A DNA stretch of 64,000 bases from Patescibacteria group bacterium (GTDB lineage: Bacteria > Patescibacteriota > Minisyncoccia > UBA6257 > GWB1-50-10): assembly GCA_040757555.1 (NCBI GenBank), contig JBFLWN010000002.1, positions 83,116 through 147,115 of the forward strand, given 5' to 3'. Made by a program: the position numbers and the translations under genes. Positions 26,295-37,307 of the stretch are shown one piece after another. Each line of letters opens with the position of its first letter. The stretch's first letter is position 1. Below the pieces are notes generated by a model. That model was given only the letters and a program-made list of their open reading frames with translations, searched no databases and was not told the origin of the DNA.

Positions 26295-26333
26295 TATCCG
26301 AGCGGGAGAAAGGTTTTATTTCAGATAAAACAC

Positions 26334-26795
26334 TTAAAAAGGTATATCCTCTGCTTTTATTTCATCTTCCTCAATATTAATCTCCGGAAGTTCATCCTTC
26401 ATGTGGATACTCTGATCTTCATTATCTGAAGAGTTTCCACGATCAAATCCCCCATGTGATACCCCACTTCCTCGTGGACCAAGTTGCATTCTTTCACAGA
26501 TAATCTCCGTCGTTTTTCGCGCTTGTCCCTGATTATCCTGCCATGAACGCGTTTGTAATCTTCCTTCTATCAACACTGAACCTCCTTTTTTAAGATACTG
26601 GCCGGCAACCTCCGCCTGCTTTCCCCATACCACGACATTATGAAACTCCGCTTTCTGCTGACGTTGTCCAGATTTATCAACATAAAAAGAATTTGTTGCA
26701 ACCCCAAGTGTACATACCGACTGACCCCCTGGTGTTTGCCGAAGCTCTGGATCACGAGTGAGATTACCGAAGATAAAAACTTTATTTAGATTCAT
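26334..26795 (-). CDS. ssb: single-stranded DNA-binding protein
   Basis: OB fold (VFIFGNLTRDPELRQTPGG...AEFHNVVVWGKQAE) and a C-terminal acidic tail ending DIPF. Confidence 0.9.
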   Translation of the reverse strand: MNLNKVFIFGNLTRDPELRQTPGGQSVCTLGVATNSFYVDKSGQRQQKAEFHNVVVWGKQAEVAGQYLKKGGSVLIEGRLQTRSWQDNQGQARKTTEIICERMQLGPRGSGVSHGGFDRGNSSDNEDQSIHMKDELPEINIEEDEIKAEDIPF

Positions 26796-26844
26796 TATTT
26801 GAAAGCATTGAATATTTCGACCCTTTGTTGTTCATCATCTATTG

Positions 26845-27282
26845 TTATTGAAGAATTTCTTCCAGTTTTTCCTGCAATGCTTCATTCGAAAGCACCGCAT
26901 TGAACCCTGTTTTCTGTTTCGGTGCGCTCACCGTTCTCTTTTTTCTCTGTTGAGCTCTTCCTTCTTCGTCCAATCGAGGAGTAGTTTCCTTTATTTCATT
27001 CTGAACCCCTATCAAAAAACGAAGGATGTCGTGCTCAAGTTTTGCAGCATTAGACAACCCACGTACTGATTCAGGGGGAAGCGTACATTTGATTGTACCT
27101 AAAAATCCTTGTGTCTCCTTCTTAATTGGATATGAGAGTCTCAATTTCACAAGAGGATATTCGTTTAATATTACTCCCCCGTGCTTCTCTATAAGCTGGC
27201 GCGCAAGAACACCGTCCTCACTCTTCTGAATGAAGGAAATGTCATATTTTTTTTGTGTCTCAATAGTTGAAATATCTTCCAT
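26845..27282 (-). CDS. rpsF: 30S ribosomal protein S6 (extended C-terminus)
   Basis: YDISFIQKSEDG...GGVILNEYPLVKLRLSYPIKKETQGF matches the S6 pattern. Located upstream of ssb and rpsR. Confidence 0.65.
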   Translation of the reverse strand: MEDISTIETQKKYDISFIQKSEDGVLARQLIEKHGGVILNEYPLVKLRLSYPIKKETQGFLGTIKCTLPPESVRGLSNAAKLEHDILRFLIGVQNEIKETTPRLDEEGRAQQRKKRTVSAPKQKTGFNAVLSNEALQEKLEEILQ

Positions 27283-27328
27283 ATAAATTACTTGTACACG
27301 ATATCAGTTATTCCTCGGGCGGTCAAAT

Positions 27329-30300
27329 TTATTCCTTAGGAACCTCAGTTTGTCCGACTATTTCTTTTTCTTCCACTACGGGAGCATAGAGAAGCCTTTT
27401 TGCCTCAAGTATCTCCTCGGGGATACCGCGAAACCCAGTTCCCACAGGAACAAGTTTTCCAATAATAACATTTTCCTTTAATCCACGAAGTTTGTCGGTC
27501 TTTCCTTCTACCGATGCATTTACAAGTACACGACTTGTCTCTTGGAAGGAGGCTGCTGATAAGAAACTATCTGAGGTAAGTGCTACTCGAGTGATACCGA
27601 GAATGCGAACAATTGCTTTCGCGGGTTTTTTCTTTGCGTGTTTTACTTCCCTATTCACGCGGAGAAATCTCTGTTTATCAACCACTTCATCAACGGTGAA
27701 ATCCGTATCTCCACTATCTTTCACTATGACACGAGAAAACATCTGACGCACAATAATTTCAACATATTTATCGTTAATTGATGCACCTTCAGGTACATAA
27801 ATCTTCTGTACTTCGTTTACGATATATCGCTGTGCTTCTTCCAAACCTCTGTAAGAAAGAATTTCGCGGATATCGAGTGGACCCTCTGAAAGTTGTTGTC
27901 CTTTTGTTACCCGGTCGCCAACTTTTACAAACAAATTTATGTTGAGAGGAACCACATATTCGGTTACTCCCGCTTTCAACTTCTTTGATTTTGATGTTGT
28001 CCTCTTTGAATTTTTTATCTCAATTATTTTTGTAAGTCCAACCTCTTTAATAAATTCGACGACTCCATCTTCTTTTGCAAGCATCGCTTTTCCTTTTGGA
28101 GGACGTGCTTCAAAAATTTCTTCGACACGAGGAAGTCCATAGGTAATATCAAACCCTGCAACACCTCCGATGTGGAAGGTTCTCATGGTAAGCTGAGTTC
28201 CCGGTTCTCCGATTGATTGAGCCGCAACCACTCCAACTGCTTCTCCTTGCGCAACCATTTTATTCTTACTCAAATCCAAACCGAAACATGCTGAACAAAT
28301 TCCATCAAACGATTTACACGTGATTGGAGAACGCATTTTTACCGATTCTAATTTTGAATCCTGTATTATTTTTGCGACTTCCTTTGTAATAATTTCCCCC
28401 TCTCGTGCAATCAATTTTCGATCGATGCGAATATCCTGTGCTGTTTTTCTTCCAAAAAGACGTTCACCAAATTTATACCCAAAACTATCTCCTTCGGCGC
28501 GAACCACATCAATTCCATCGGTAGTTCCACAATCGTCTTCTTTAATAATCAAATCTTGAGACACATCAACAAGTCTGCGAGTGAGATATCCCGCTGATGC
28601 CGTTTTCAAAGCGGTATCGGTAGAACCCTTACGTGCACCGTGTGTTGAGATGAAATATTCAAGTACTCCAAGTCCTTCCTTATATGAAGATTTCACGGGA
28701 AGTTCAATCGTCTTTCCGTTTGCGTCGAGCACCAACCCTTTCATACCCATCATTTGAATCGGCTGTGCCCAACTTCCTTTTGATCCGGAATCAAAAATAG
28801 AAAAAATCGGGTTTTCTGATGTCATTCTTTTCGGAATAAGCGGAGCAATCTGTTCTCGAATATTGGTCCATACTTCAACAATTTTTTCTCTTCGCTCATC
28901 TTCGGTCAACAATCCATCTTCATAGTGGGATTCAATAAGCTCAACGCGCTTATTTCCCGCTTGAACCAATTCAGGTTTTTCCGTTGGAATAACCGTGTCG
29001 CTTATTGCCCATGTAATACCGGAATACGTTGCATACCTAAACCCTAAACTCTTTATACTATCAAGGTGTTCCTGTGATTCTTCGATTCCATGTACATCAA
29101 TAATTTCTCCCACAAGCTTTGAAAGTGTTTTCTTTGTAAACATCTCGTTCACAAAACGAAATCCTTCAGGAAGAATATTATTGAAAATCAATCTTCCACA
29201 CGTGGTTTCTATAAGCTGCCCTCTCACAATACATTTAATCTTTGCATTCAAATCAAGATATCCGTGTTCGTGTGCAAGCATTGCCTCATTGAATCCTGAA
29301 AATGTTTTTCCTTCTCCTTTTGCTCCTTCTACGACGCGAGTCAAGAAATACGAACCAAGCACCACATCCTGTGTAGGACGCGTAATAGGTTCTCCATTCG
29401 CGGGTTTCAAAAGATTACTTCCTGCATTCATTAACGTACTTGCTTCATATTGAGCCTCAACCGTAAGCGGAAGATGCACTGCCATTTGGTCTCCGTCGAA
29501 GTCTGCATTAAACGCTTCGCAGACGAGAGGAGGAATTCTGATACAAAGATCTTCAATAAGAAGTGGTTTGAACGCCTGAATACCGAGACGGTGAAGTGTT
29601 GGTGCACGGTTTAAGAGCACTTTTTTATCAGCAATCACCTCTTCAAGTATTCCCCATACTTCCGGTGATCGTTGTTCAATAAAGCGATTTGCCTGCTTGA
29701 TGTTATACGCAAGTTCTCTCTCGATAATTTTATTGATGACAAAATGTCTGAAAAGTTCGAGTGCAAGATTTTTCGGTAATCCGCATTCGTTTAATTTCAA
29801 CTCTGGACCCACCACAATAACGGATCGAGCTGAATAATCGACACGTTTCCCCAAAAGATTTTGTCTGAATCTCCCCTGCTTTCCTTTCAACATGTCCGCG
29901 AGAGATCGAAGCGGTCTTCTTCGCGAAGAAAGAAGTTGCGCTCCCGTACGTGCGGAATTATCAATCAACGCATCAACTGCTTCTTGAAGCATTCTTTTTT
30001 CGTTCGTAATAATAACCTCCGGAGATTTCAACTCGATAAGTTTCTTTAAACGATTATTTCGGTTGATCACGCGTCTATATAAATCGTTCAAGTCTGCGGT
30101 TGCGTATCGTCCTCCCTCGAGAGCCACCATTGGACGCAATTCCGGCGGAAGTACCGGCAATACGGTAAACACCATCCATTCAGGTCGAACTCCTGATTTC
30201 AAAAGAGATTTTATAAGTTGTAGTCTGCGCAATACACGTTTTTCCCTGTTTGCGTCCTTTACCGTCTCAAGTTCGTGCTTTGTCTTCTTCATCAAATCTT

Positions 30301-30970
30301 TCAAATCAATTTGCTCCAAAATCTTTCTGATTGCTCCTGCACCACGATCGGCTTCAAACACATCCCCAAATTTTTCGGCCAATGTGTAATACTCCGATTC
30401 GGTGAGAATGAGTCCTGGTTCTAATACCGATACCACATCTCTCAATCGCTCCTTGGATTCTTTTAATTCCTTTGCATTTTCATTCTTGTCCTGTTTTAAA
30501 GATTTATATTCCTTATCAAGCATTTCAAGAACACGTTTCTTGTTTTCTTCATTTACTACCGTCACGATAAACGCGGCATAATAAATTACTTTTTCGAGTT
30601 TTGGAACTGAGATGCCTAAAAGTAAACTCATCTTTGAAGGAACGTTTCGTAAAAACCAAATGTGAGTAACCGGGGTTGCGAGCACAATATGTCCCATGCG
30701 CTCACGACGCACTACTGCACGTGTCACTTCAACACCACATTTTTCGCAGACGATTCCTTTATAACGAATCTTTTTGTATTTTCCGCAGTAACACTCGTAA
30801 TCTTTAGTGGGACCAAAAATTCTTTCCGAAAACAATCCATCCTTTTCCGGTCTCTGTGTTCGATAATTCAATGTTTCCGGCTTTAATACTTCTCCATGTG
30901 ACCATGAAAGTACCTCATCAGGACTTGCAACCCTGATTGAAATTGATTTGAGATCAGCGTTTTTATTCAT
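27329..30970 (-). CDS. rpoC: DNA-directed RNA polymerase subunit beta'
   Basis: 1213 aa. [22 protein letters not shown] zinc-binding element and the [14 protein letters not shown] catalytic motif. Confidence 0.97.
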   Translation of the reverse strand: MNKNADLKSISIRVASPDEVLSWSHGEVLKPETLNYRTQRPEKDGLFSERIFGPTKDYECYCGKYKKIRYKGIVCEKCGVEVTRAVVRRERMGHIVLATPVTHIWFLRNVPSKMSLLLGISVPKLEKVIYYAAFIVTVVNEENKKRVLEMLDKEYKSLKQDKNENAKELKESKERLRDVVSVLEPGLILTESEYYTLAEKFGDVFEADRGAGAIRKILEQIDLKDLMKKTKHELETVKDANREKRVLRRLQLIKSLLKSGVRPEWMVFTVLPVLPPELRPMVALEGGRYATADLNDLYRRVINRNNRLKKLIELKSPEVIITNEKRMLQEAVDALIDNSARTGAQLLSSRRRPLRSLADMLKGKQGRFRQNLLGKRVDYSARSVIVVGPELKLNECGLPKNLALELFRHFVINKIIERELAYNIKQANRFIEQRSPEVWGILEEVIADKKVLLNRAPTLHRLGIQAFKPLLIEDLCIRIPPLVCEAFNADFDGDQMAVHLPLTVEAQYEASTLMNAGSNLLKPANGEPITRPTQDVVLGSYFLTRVVEGAKGEGKTFSGFNEAMLAHEHGYLDLNAKIKCIVRGQLIETTCGRLIFNNILPEGFRFVNEMFTKKTLSKLVGEIIDVHGIEESQEHLDSIKSLGFRYATYSGITWAISDTVIPTEKPELVQAGNKRVELIESHYEDGLLTEDERREKIVEVWTNIREQIAPLIPKRMTSENPIFSIFDSGSKGSWAQPIQMMGMKGLVLDANGKTIELPVKSSYKEGLGVLEYFISTHGARKGSTDTALKTASAGYLTRRLVDVSQDLIIKEDDCGTTDGIDVVRAEGDSFGYKFGERLFGRKTAQDIRIDRKLIAREGEIITKEVAKIIQDSKLESVKMRSPITCKSFDGICSACFGLDLSKNKMVAQGEAVGVVAAQSIGEPGTQLTMRTFHIGGVAGFDITYGLPRVEEIFEARPPKGKAMLAKEDGVVEFIKEVGLTKIIEIKNSKRTTSKSKKLKAGVTEYVVPLNINLFVKVGDRVTKGQQLSEGPLDIREILSYRGLEEAQRYIVNEVQKIYVPEGASINDKYVEIIVRQMFSRVIVKDSGDTDFTVDEVVDKQRFLRVNREVKHAKKKPAKAIVRILGITRVALTSDSFLSAASFQETSRVLVNASVEGKTDKLRGLKENVIIGKLVPVGTGFRGIPEEILEAKRLLYAPVVEEKEIVGQTEVPKE

Positions 30971-30980
30971 AGTTTTTTAT

Positions 30981-33900
30981 TTATTTATCTTCTTCGTCAT
31001 CATCAATTCGACTTTTGTCATAGTCATATCTCACATTCAATCCAAGTGATTTCAATTCGGCAACAAGCACGTTAAATGAGGCGGGAAGATTTGGTTTCTT
31101 GATTTCCTGACCTCGAATGATCGATTCAAATGCGGCAGAGCGACCCATTACGTCGTCTGATTTAATGGTAAGCATTTCTTGTAATGTGTGCGCAGCACCA
31201 TATCCTTCAAGTGCCCACACCTCCATTTCTCCGAATCGCTGTCCTCCAAGTTGTGCTTTTCCTCCGAGTGGTTGTTGAGTAATTAATGAGTATGGACCAG
31301 TTGAACGCATATGAATCTTATCTTCAACAAGATGGTTCAACTTCATAATGTAAATGTATCCAACAGTAATCGCTTGTCGAAATGGCTGGCCGGTAAGTCC
31401 ATTATAAAGTTTAATTTTTCCTTCTTCCGGAAATCCCGCAGCTTTCAATTCGTTTCGTATATCCTCTTCGGTTGCGCCGATAAATCCAGGAACCACTGCA
31501 CGATACCCTAATGTATGAGCAGCGAGTCCAAGATGTGTTTCTAAAATCTGTCCGAGGTTCATACGTGATGCAACTCCCAATGGGTTTAATACCACATCCA
31601 CCGAAGTTCCATCTTCCAAATACGGCATATCTTCTACCGGACGGACCGTTGAAATAACTCCCTTGTTTCCATATCGCCCCGCGAGCTTATCTCCTGCACG
31701 GATTTTTCTGAGCTGTGCTACTTCAACCTGAATTTTCTTTATAATTCCCGGTTCAAGCTTATCTCCCCGGTCACGTGAGAAGATTTTGATTCCAATAATT
31801 CTTCCCTGCTTTCCATGGGGAAGTGTAAGTGAAGTATCTTTTACATCCCGAGCTTTTTCACCAAAGATGGCACGAAGTAATCGCTCTTCTGAAGTAAGTT
31901 CTGATTCCCCTTTTGGTGAAATCTTTCCCACAAGGATATCGTTCTCTCGCACCTCCGCACCAATACGAACAATTCCTTCTTCATCAAGGTTTCTTAATTT
32001 ATCTTCCGAAACATTCGGAATATCTGGCGTGGTCATTTCAGGTCCAAGTTTTGTGTCTCTTACGGAGCACACAAATGTTTCAATATGAATTGAAGTAAAG
32101 AAATCATCTTTTGCTACTCTTTCGGAAAGGACAATAGCATCTTCAAAATTTCCTCCTTCAAACGGAACGAATGCAACCAACAAATTTCTTCCCAAACTCA
32201 AAATCCCATTTGCGGTCGCGGGACCATCAGCAAGCACTGTTCCTTTTTTTACTTTTTGTCCAACCTCAACAATCGAGCGCTGTGAAACACACGTTGATTG
32301 GTTTGATCGTTTAAATTTCAAAAGGGGAAACGTCTTTTTTCCCGTATCTGTTTTCACTACCACTGCATCTGCATCCACTTCAAGTACTATTCCTTCAACA
32401 TCTGAAATAATCATCTGAGCAGAATCACGTGCCGCACGCTCTTCCTGTCCAGTTCCCACAAGCGGAGCCTCCGCATAAATAGGAGGAACTGCCTGACGTT
32501 GCATGTTTGAAGCCATAAGTGCACGGTTTGCATCGTTATGCTCCAAAAAAGGAACGAGTGACGTAGAAATACTGACTGATTGATTTGGCGATACATCAAC
32601 AAAATGAACCTCTTCTTTTTCGCACATTCCCGCAATACCACCGATACGGGCAGGAATTCTTTTTTCAATGATTTTATTATGTTCGTCGAGCTTCACGTCG
32701 GACTGTGCAATATTATATTTCTGTTCGCTGAATGCATCGAGCCATACCACTTCGTTTTTCACCATACAATTTTCAACCTTGAAATATGGTGTTTCCAAAA
32801 ATCCAAATTCATTCAAACGGGCATAACTTGAAAGATAACTTACCAATCCAATACTTGACCCTTCCGGAGTTTGAATCGGACAAATTCTTCCATAATACGA
32901 ACTATGTACGTCACGAACTTCAAATCCCGCGCGCTCTCGTGTGAGTCCTCCGGGTCCCATTGTGGAAAGACGTCTCTTATGTTCAAGTTCAGCAAGAGGA
33001 TTTACCTGATCCATAAACTGGGACAATTGTGATGATGCAAAAAAGTCACGCACCACTGCGGTCAAAAGTTTATAATTGATGAGTTGTACTGGCTGAAGAC
33101 CATTTCTATCAAATGTGGACATTCTGTCTTGTACCCCCCTTCGAAGTCGCGCAAATCCAACGCGAAGTCTTGCTTGTACTAATTCTCCCACTGCACGAAT
33201 TCTTCTGTTTCCCAAGTGATCGATATCATCGGGTTTTGCATATTGATTGTTATTCAATCGAATAACTTCCTTAATAATATTTACAAGATCCTCACGATCT
33301 AAAATTCCAGCAGTTTTCTTGGTGAATCCAAGGCGCTGATTTAATTTATATCTTCCCACTTTACTCAAATCATATCGGTCAAAACGGAAAAACATCGGTT
33401 CAATAATCGAATGAGCGCTTTCGGATGTCACAAGATCTCCGGGACGAAGACGTCGATAGATTTCCATATAAGAATCTTCAACGGTCTTTGCTTCATCTTT
33501 TTTGAGCGTAGTTTCAATATATTTTATTTTTCCGGTATCCACATCGGCAAATGTTTTTAAAATTTCTTCCGGAGTTTCAATACCAAAAATGCGCAACAAT
33601 TCCGTTACCGGTGCTTTTCTTTTTCGGTCAATTTTAACTCCAAGAAATCCGTCGGCTTCCGTTTCAATTTCGAGCCATACTCCACGGTTTGGAATTACTT
33701 TTGCGCTAAATAATTTTTTTCCACGGAATACATTCATTAAGAAATATACACCGGGAGAACGAATAAGTTGAGAAATGACCACGCGCTCCACCCCATTAAT
33801 AATGAATGTTCCGCGTTCGGTCATAATTGGGAAGTCACCCAAATATACTTCCTGCACTTTTGACTCCTTTGTTTCGTGATTGGTAAGTTTTAAATTTACA

Positions 33901-34163
33901 CGAAGTGCCGCCTCATAGGTTTGATCCTTTTCCTTTGTCTGAAGTTCCGTATATTTCGGAGGATCAAATTTATAATCAAGGAAATGCAACTCGAGCTCTT
34001 CTCCGGTGTGATCTTTAATCGGAGAAATTTCATCGAAAAGCTCGCGAAGTCCTTTTTCGACAAACCACTTGAACGACTTTGATTGAATCTCTATGAGATT
34101 CGGCGACTCAAAAGATGGGCCGCGATACGAAGAGAAAACCTTTGCTTTTAAATGTTGTACCAT
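30981..34163 (-). CDS. rpoB: DNA-directed RNA polymerase subunit beta
   Basis: 1060 aa with rpoB conserved blocks (GDKLAGRYGNKGVIS, MNVGQILETHLG-like). Confidence 0.97.
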   Translation of the reverse strand: MVQHLKAKVFSSYRGPSFESPNLIEIQSKSFKWFVEKGLRELFDEISPIKDHTGEELELHFLDYKFDPPKYTELQTKEKDQTYEAALRVNLKLTNHETKESKVQEVYLGDFPIMTERGTFIINGVERVVISQLIRSPGVYFLMNVFRGKKLFSAKVIPNRGVWLEIETEADGFLGVKIDRKRKAPVTELLRIFGIETPEEILKTFADVDTGKIKYIETTLKKDEAKTVEDSYMEIYRRLRPGDLVTSESAHSIIEPMFFRFDRYDLSKVGRYKLNQRLGFTKKTAGILDREDLVNIIKEVIRLNNNQYAKPDDIDHLGNRRIRAVGELVQARLRVGFARLRRGVQDRMSTFDRNGLQPVQLINYKLLTAVVRDFFASSQLSQFMDQVNPLAELEHKRRLSTMGPGGLTRERAGFEVRDVHSSYYGRICPIQTPEGSSIGLVSYLSSYARLNEFGFLETPYFKVENCMVKNEVVWLDAFSEQKYNIAQSDVKLDEHNKIIEKRIPARIGGIAGMCEKEEVHFVDVSPNQSVSISTSLVPFLEHNDANRALMASNMQRQAVPPIYAEAPLVGTGQEERAARDSAQMIISDVEGIVLEVDADAVVVKTDTGKKTFPLLKFKRSNQSTCVSQRSIVEVGQKVKKGTVLADGPATANGILSLGRNLLVAFVPFEGGNFEDAIVLSERVAKDDFFTSIHIETFVCSVRDTKLGPEMTTPDIPNVSEDKLRNLDEEGIVRIGAEVRENDILVGKISPKGESELTSEERLLRAIFGEKARDVKDTSLTLPHGKQGRIIGIKIFSRDRGDKLEPGIIKKIQVEVAQLRKIRAGDKLAGRYGNKGVISTVRPVEDMPYLEDGTSVDVVLNPLGVASRMNLGQILETHLGLAAHTLGYRAVVPGFIGATEEDIRNELKAAGFPEEGKIKLYNGLTGQPFRQAITVGYIYIMKLNHLVEDKIHMRSTGPYSLITQQPLGGKAQLGGQRFGEMEVWALEGYGAAHTLQEMLTIKSDDVMGRSAAFESIIRGQEIKKPNLPASFNVLVAELKSLGLNVRYDYDKSRIDDDEEDK

Positions 34164-34173
34164 ATGACCTTTT

Positions 34174-35193
34174 TTACAAATATTTTGCGCGTTTTATATT
34201 GTGCTCTTCTAGCGTCTTTGAGAAGAGTGTTTCTTTGGTTTTTGAGGAAGAGAGATAATAGAGATACTGGCTTTTTTGAGGTGAAAGTGCTGCTCGAATC
34301 GCTGACTCTCCCGGATTTGAAATTGGTGTGGGTGGCCATCCCATTCGTTCATACGTATTGTACGGCGAAGCGATACGAAGATCAGAGCGAGTCACTAATA
34401 AATTCTCGCATCCCCGCACCTCTCCATCACACTTTGCATACCCGATTGTTGCATCAACTTGTAACGGCATCTTCAGGGAAATTCTTCTTAGGAGGATCCC
34501 CGCAACAATCTGTCGGTCTTCGAATTCGGGAACTTCTCTTTCAAGAAGCGAGGAAAGAATTAATGTTTCATACCAATTTTTCTGTCCCGAGAGAAGTGGC
34601 CACGCCCTTTCGGAAAATACATCAAGCATTCTTCGAACCACTTTTTCCGGAGATGAATTTAATTCAAAGTAGTATGAATCAGGAAACAAAACTCCCTCGA
34701 GAGAAGAAATGTTATTGAGAAACGGATAATCAGAGGTGAGATTCTTTATTTGAAAATTTTTAATCGTCCCTTTTTCTACAATTTTTGCATCAGCAAGAAT
34801 TACATCGATGTCCGCAAGTGTTGATCCTTCGGGAATAGTTATGAGCACATCACTTCTCCCTTTTGAGGTCAGTACATTCACAATTTGGGGAACACTCATG
34901 GTATCGGACAACATGTATGTACCCGGTTGAAATCGTTGCGCCTTCCCAGTCAAAAGTGCATACACTTTAAAAACGGTAAGTGATTTTACAACAGATTCCT
35001 GTGAAAGACGTGCTCCAATTTCCTTAAATCCTTCTCCCTTTATAATTTTGAATTCTCGTTCTGTTTTTAAAATGTTATTTGGTTGCAAACTGTAGAAAAA
35101 ATAGGCAACTACAATAATACACACCAAAATTATGGCAAGCGCAACGAACACACGAAAGTTCACCGCGCCTCCTTGTTTTAATTGAGGATTCAT
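34174..35193 (-). CDS. mltG: endolytic murein transglycosylase MltG (YceG family)
   Basis: N-terminal TM and a YceG-like domain (...NPGESAIRAALSP...YLYYLSSS). Confidence 0.75.
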   Translation of the reverse strand: MNPQLKQGGAVNFRVFVALAIILVCIIVVAYFFYSLQPNNILKTEREFKIIKGEGFKEIGARLSQESVVKSLTVFKVYALLTGKAQRFQPGTYMLSDTMSVPQIVNVLTSKGRSDVLITIPEGSTLADIDVILADAKIVEKGTIKNFQIKNLTSDYPFLNNISSLEGVLFPDSYYFELNSSPEKVVRRMLDVFSERAWPLLSGQKNWYETLILSSLLEREVPEFEDRQIVAGILLRRISLKMPLQVDATIGYAKCDGEVRGCENLLVTRSDLRIASPYNTYERMGWPPTPISNPGESAIRAALSPQKSQYLYYLSSSKTKETLFSKTLEEHNIKRAKYL

Positions 35194-35292
35194 TTAATCA
35201 AAGGGATAAAATTTGGACACAAAAATACGTGGAAAATATCTTCAAATTTGGAAAAAAATAAGTTGCGCAAAAAACAGCGCTTCCTCGATTTT

Positions 35293-36375
35293 TTAACGGG
35301 ATTCAAATTTGATATGTTCAATTATACTTATAAGTACCCCCGCCGTCAAGAGACTCGACCCCCCGTAACTGAAGAACGGGAAGGTAATCCCAGTAACCGG
35401 CATAAGCCCCAAATCTGAGCCTACATTTATAAAAAACTGAAGTGTAAAGATAATAATAGTCCCTAATAAGACAAATTTTGAATAGTTATCCCCAACTCGA
35501 AGTCCAATTTGTAATAATCGATATAAAAGGAAAAAAAATGCTCCAATAATACATATCCCGCCCAAGAGTCCCCACTCCTCCACAAATGCAGCAAAAATAA
35601 AGTCAGTTTGTGCTTCAGGAAGAAAATGGAGATGTGATTGAGTGCCAAGACCAAATCCCTTTCCAAAAAAACCAGCCGATCCAATCGCAATTTTCGATTG
35701 AATCACATTGTAATTAATCCCAAATGGATCTTTTTCGGGAAACACGAACGCGGTAAGTCGATCTTTTTGATATGGCTTCAAAAATGAAGTCCAGAGAACA
35801 ACAAAAAGAAGAATCGCCACCACGATGCCGAGAAGTAGTCTTTTCTTTTGGATACCACTTACAAAAAGAAATCCAATCCATATTCCCACAATAATGAGTG
35901 TGGAACCAAAGTCGGGATGCATAATCACAAGCCCCGCAGGAATTGCGGTATAAAAAAAAGAAAGAAAAATATTTTTTGTTTGCGATGCAGAGATGTGTCT
36001 TCGAGAAAAAAAATGCGCAAGAATAAACAATAATCCGATTTTTACAAGTTCTACTGGTTCAAACTGAAACCCACCGACTACGAGCCAACTTTTTGTTCCA
36101 CGAATAGTCGTACTCTGAAGATGAGATAACACAAGAAGTCCCACCCCTCCCCAAAATAATCCATGACGAAACCAGCCCTGCCCTCCTAACCACTGCCAAT
36201 TTATCTTTCTCCCGAAAAAAATAAGAAGAAACACTGCAATATACCAAAATATCTGCCTGCGGAAAAAAGCCATATTGGTACTTGCGAGGGATAAAAGACT
36301 TCCTGCCGCAAGAATGGAAATTGAGAAAAAGATTCCCCAATCAAGTTGTTTTCCGTGTACAATGGTCATAACCAA
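35293..36375 (-). CDS. ftsW: SEDS-family peptidoglycan glycosyltransferase (FtsW/RodA)
   Basis: 10-TM protein with a SEDS motif region (GSAGFFGKGFGLGTQSHLHFLPEAQTDFIFAAFVEEWGLLG). Confidence 0.8.
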   Translation of the reverse strand: MVMTIVHGKQLDWGIFFSISILAAGSLLSLASTNMAFFRRQIFWYIAVFLLIFFGRKINWQWLGGQGWFRHGLFWGGVGLLVLSHLQSTTIRGTKSWLVVGGFQFEPVELVKIGLLFILAHFFSRRHISASQTKNIFLSFFYTAIPAGLVIMHPDFGSTLIIVGIWIGFLFVSGIQKKRLLLGIVVAILLFVVLWTSFLKPYQKDRLTAFVFPEKDPFGINYNVIQSKIAIGSAGFFGKGFGLGTQSHLHFLPEAQTDFIFAAFVEEWGLLGGICIIGAFFFLLYRLLQIGLRVGDNYSKFVLLGTIIIFTLQFFINVGSDLGLMPVTGITFPFFSYGGSSLLTAGVLISIIEHIKFESR

Positions 36376-36380
36376 AGAAA

Positions 36381-37148
36381 TTATCGAGTACTTATGAATA
36401 CTTTCGTACGCGAGACGTCAATTTCATCGGTAATAAACTTATTTCCCGGAAATGAGATGACAAAGGGTTTTTCCTCAAGTCCACTCAAATTAGATAGTAC
36501 TGTTTGTCCGGGAAAAACCTCCATATCATATTGGTCATATAATATCGCGGTAATCCTCACCTCCGAAGCAATGATAGAACTCTGATTTTTTAGACTTCCC
36601 GATACACGCACTCCCTGATCTGTCTTTTTTGTCTCCAATCCCGATGATAACACCACATCAGAGCGAAGTGTTTCATATGCCTTTTTCCACGATACATCCG
36701 AAATGAGTAATTCGATTTTATTAATATCTTTTACAGAAGAAGAAATTCTTGGTTCAAATATAATTTTTTTCTCAAGTGCAAAAATTGCATCATTCCCTGA
36801 TATTCTTTCTATCTCGCGATTTCTTATATCATAAACGACAAATGTATACGAAAATTTATCTGAAGAAAAAAACTGATTTGAATTTAATATTTCTGCAAGT
36901 AAAATAACCTTCCCATTATCAAGCGAAAATATACGAACATCTCCCATGTGTTTTAATGGGACAAGCTCAGTAATTTCGCATTTGGTACACCCTCCCCCAC
37001 AGTCAATTCCGGTTTCGTTTTGATTTTGGATGCCATCGGAACATGTTGGCGTACCTATAATTAATCCACCGAATAACCAATAAAAAACCAATCCAAATAT
37101 ACAAAGGTAAAACATTCCATATGCAAACTTTTTTACTCCGCGTGTCAT
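36381..37148 (-). CDS. hypothetical membrane-anchored protein (255 aa)
   Basis: N-terminal TM (FYLCIFGLVFYWLFGGLIIG), a Cys-cluster (CSDG...CGGGCTKC), then an extracytoplasmic domain. Sits between ftsW and Cys-rich paralog 4. Confidence 0.45.
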   Translation of the reverse strand: MTRGVKKFAYGMFYLCIFGLVFYWLFGGLIIGTPTCSDGIQNQNETGIDCGGGCTKCEITELVPLKHMGDVRIFSLDNGKVILLAEILNSNQFFSSDKFSYTFVVYDIRNREIERISGNDAIFALEKKIIFEPRISSSVKDINKIELLISDVSWKKAYETLRSDVVLSSGLETKKTDQGVRVSGSLKNQSSIIASEVRITAILYDQYDMEVFPGQTVLSNLSGLEEKPFVISFPGNKFITDEIDVSRTKVFISTR

Positions 37149-37307
37149 AGTTTTATAATACCTCCAAAATCTATATATTCATAATACTTTCATACTATGA
37201 TAATCACCTTCCCATCAGTTTCCGAAAAAATATCTTTAACCGAAACATACCTGCCTGAAAAAGCATTCGGAAAAGAATTTTATATTTCTTAAGACGCCAC
37301 ATCATGT

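Noticed and set aside
34152-34718. 188-aa plus-strand ORF overlapping mltG, and 34328-34672 (+)
   Set aside because: Antisense to a well-supported YceG/MltG gene, with no RBS and no motifs.
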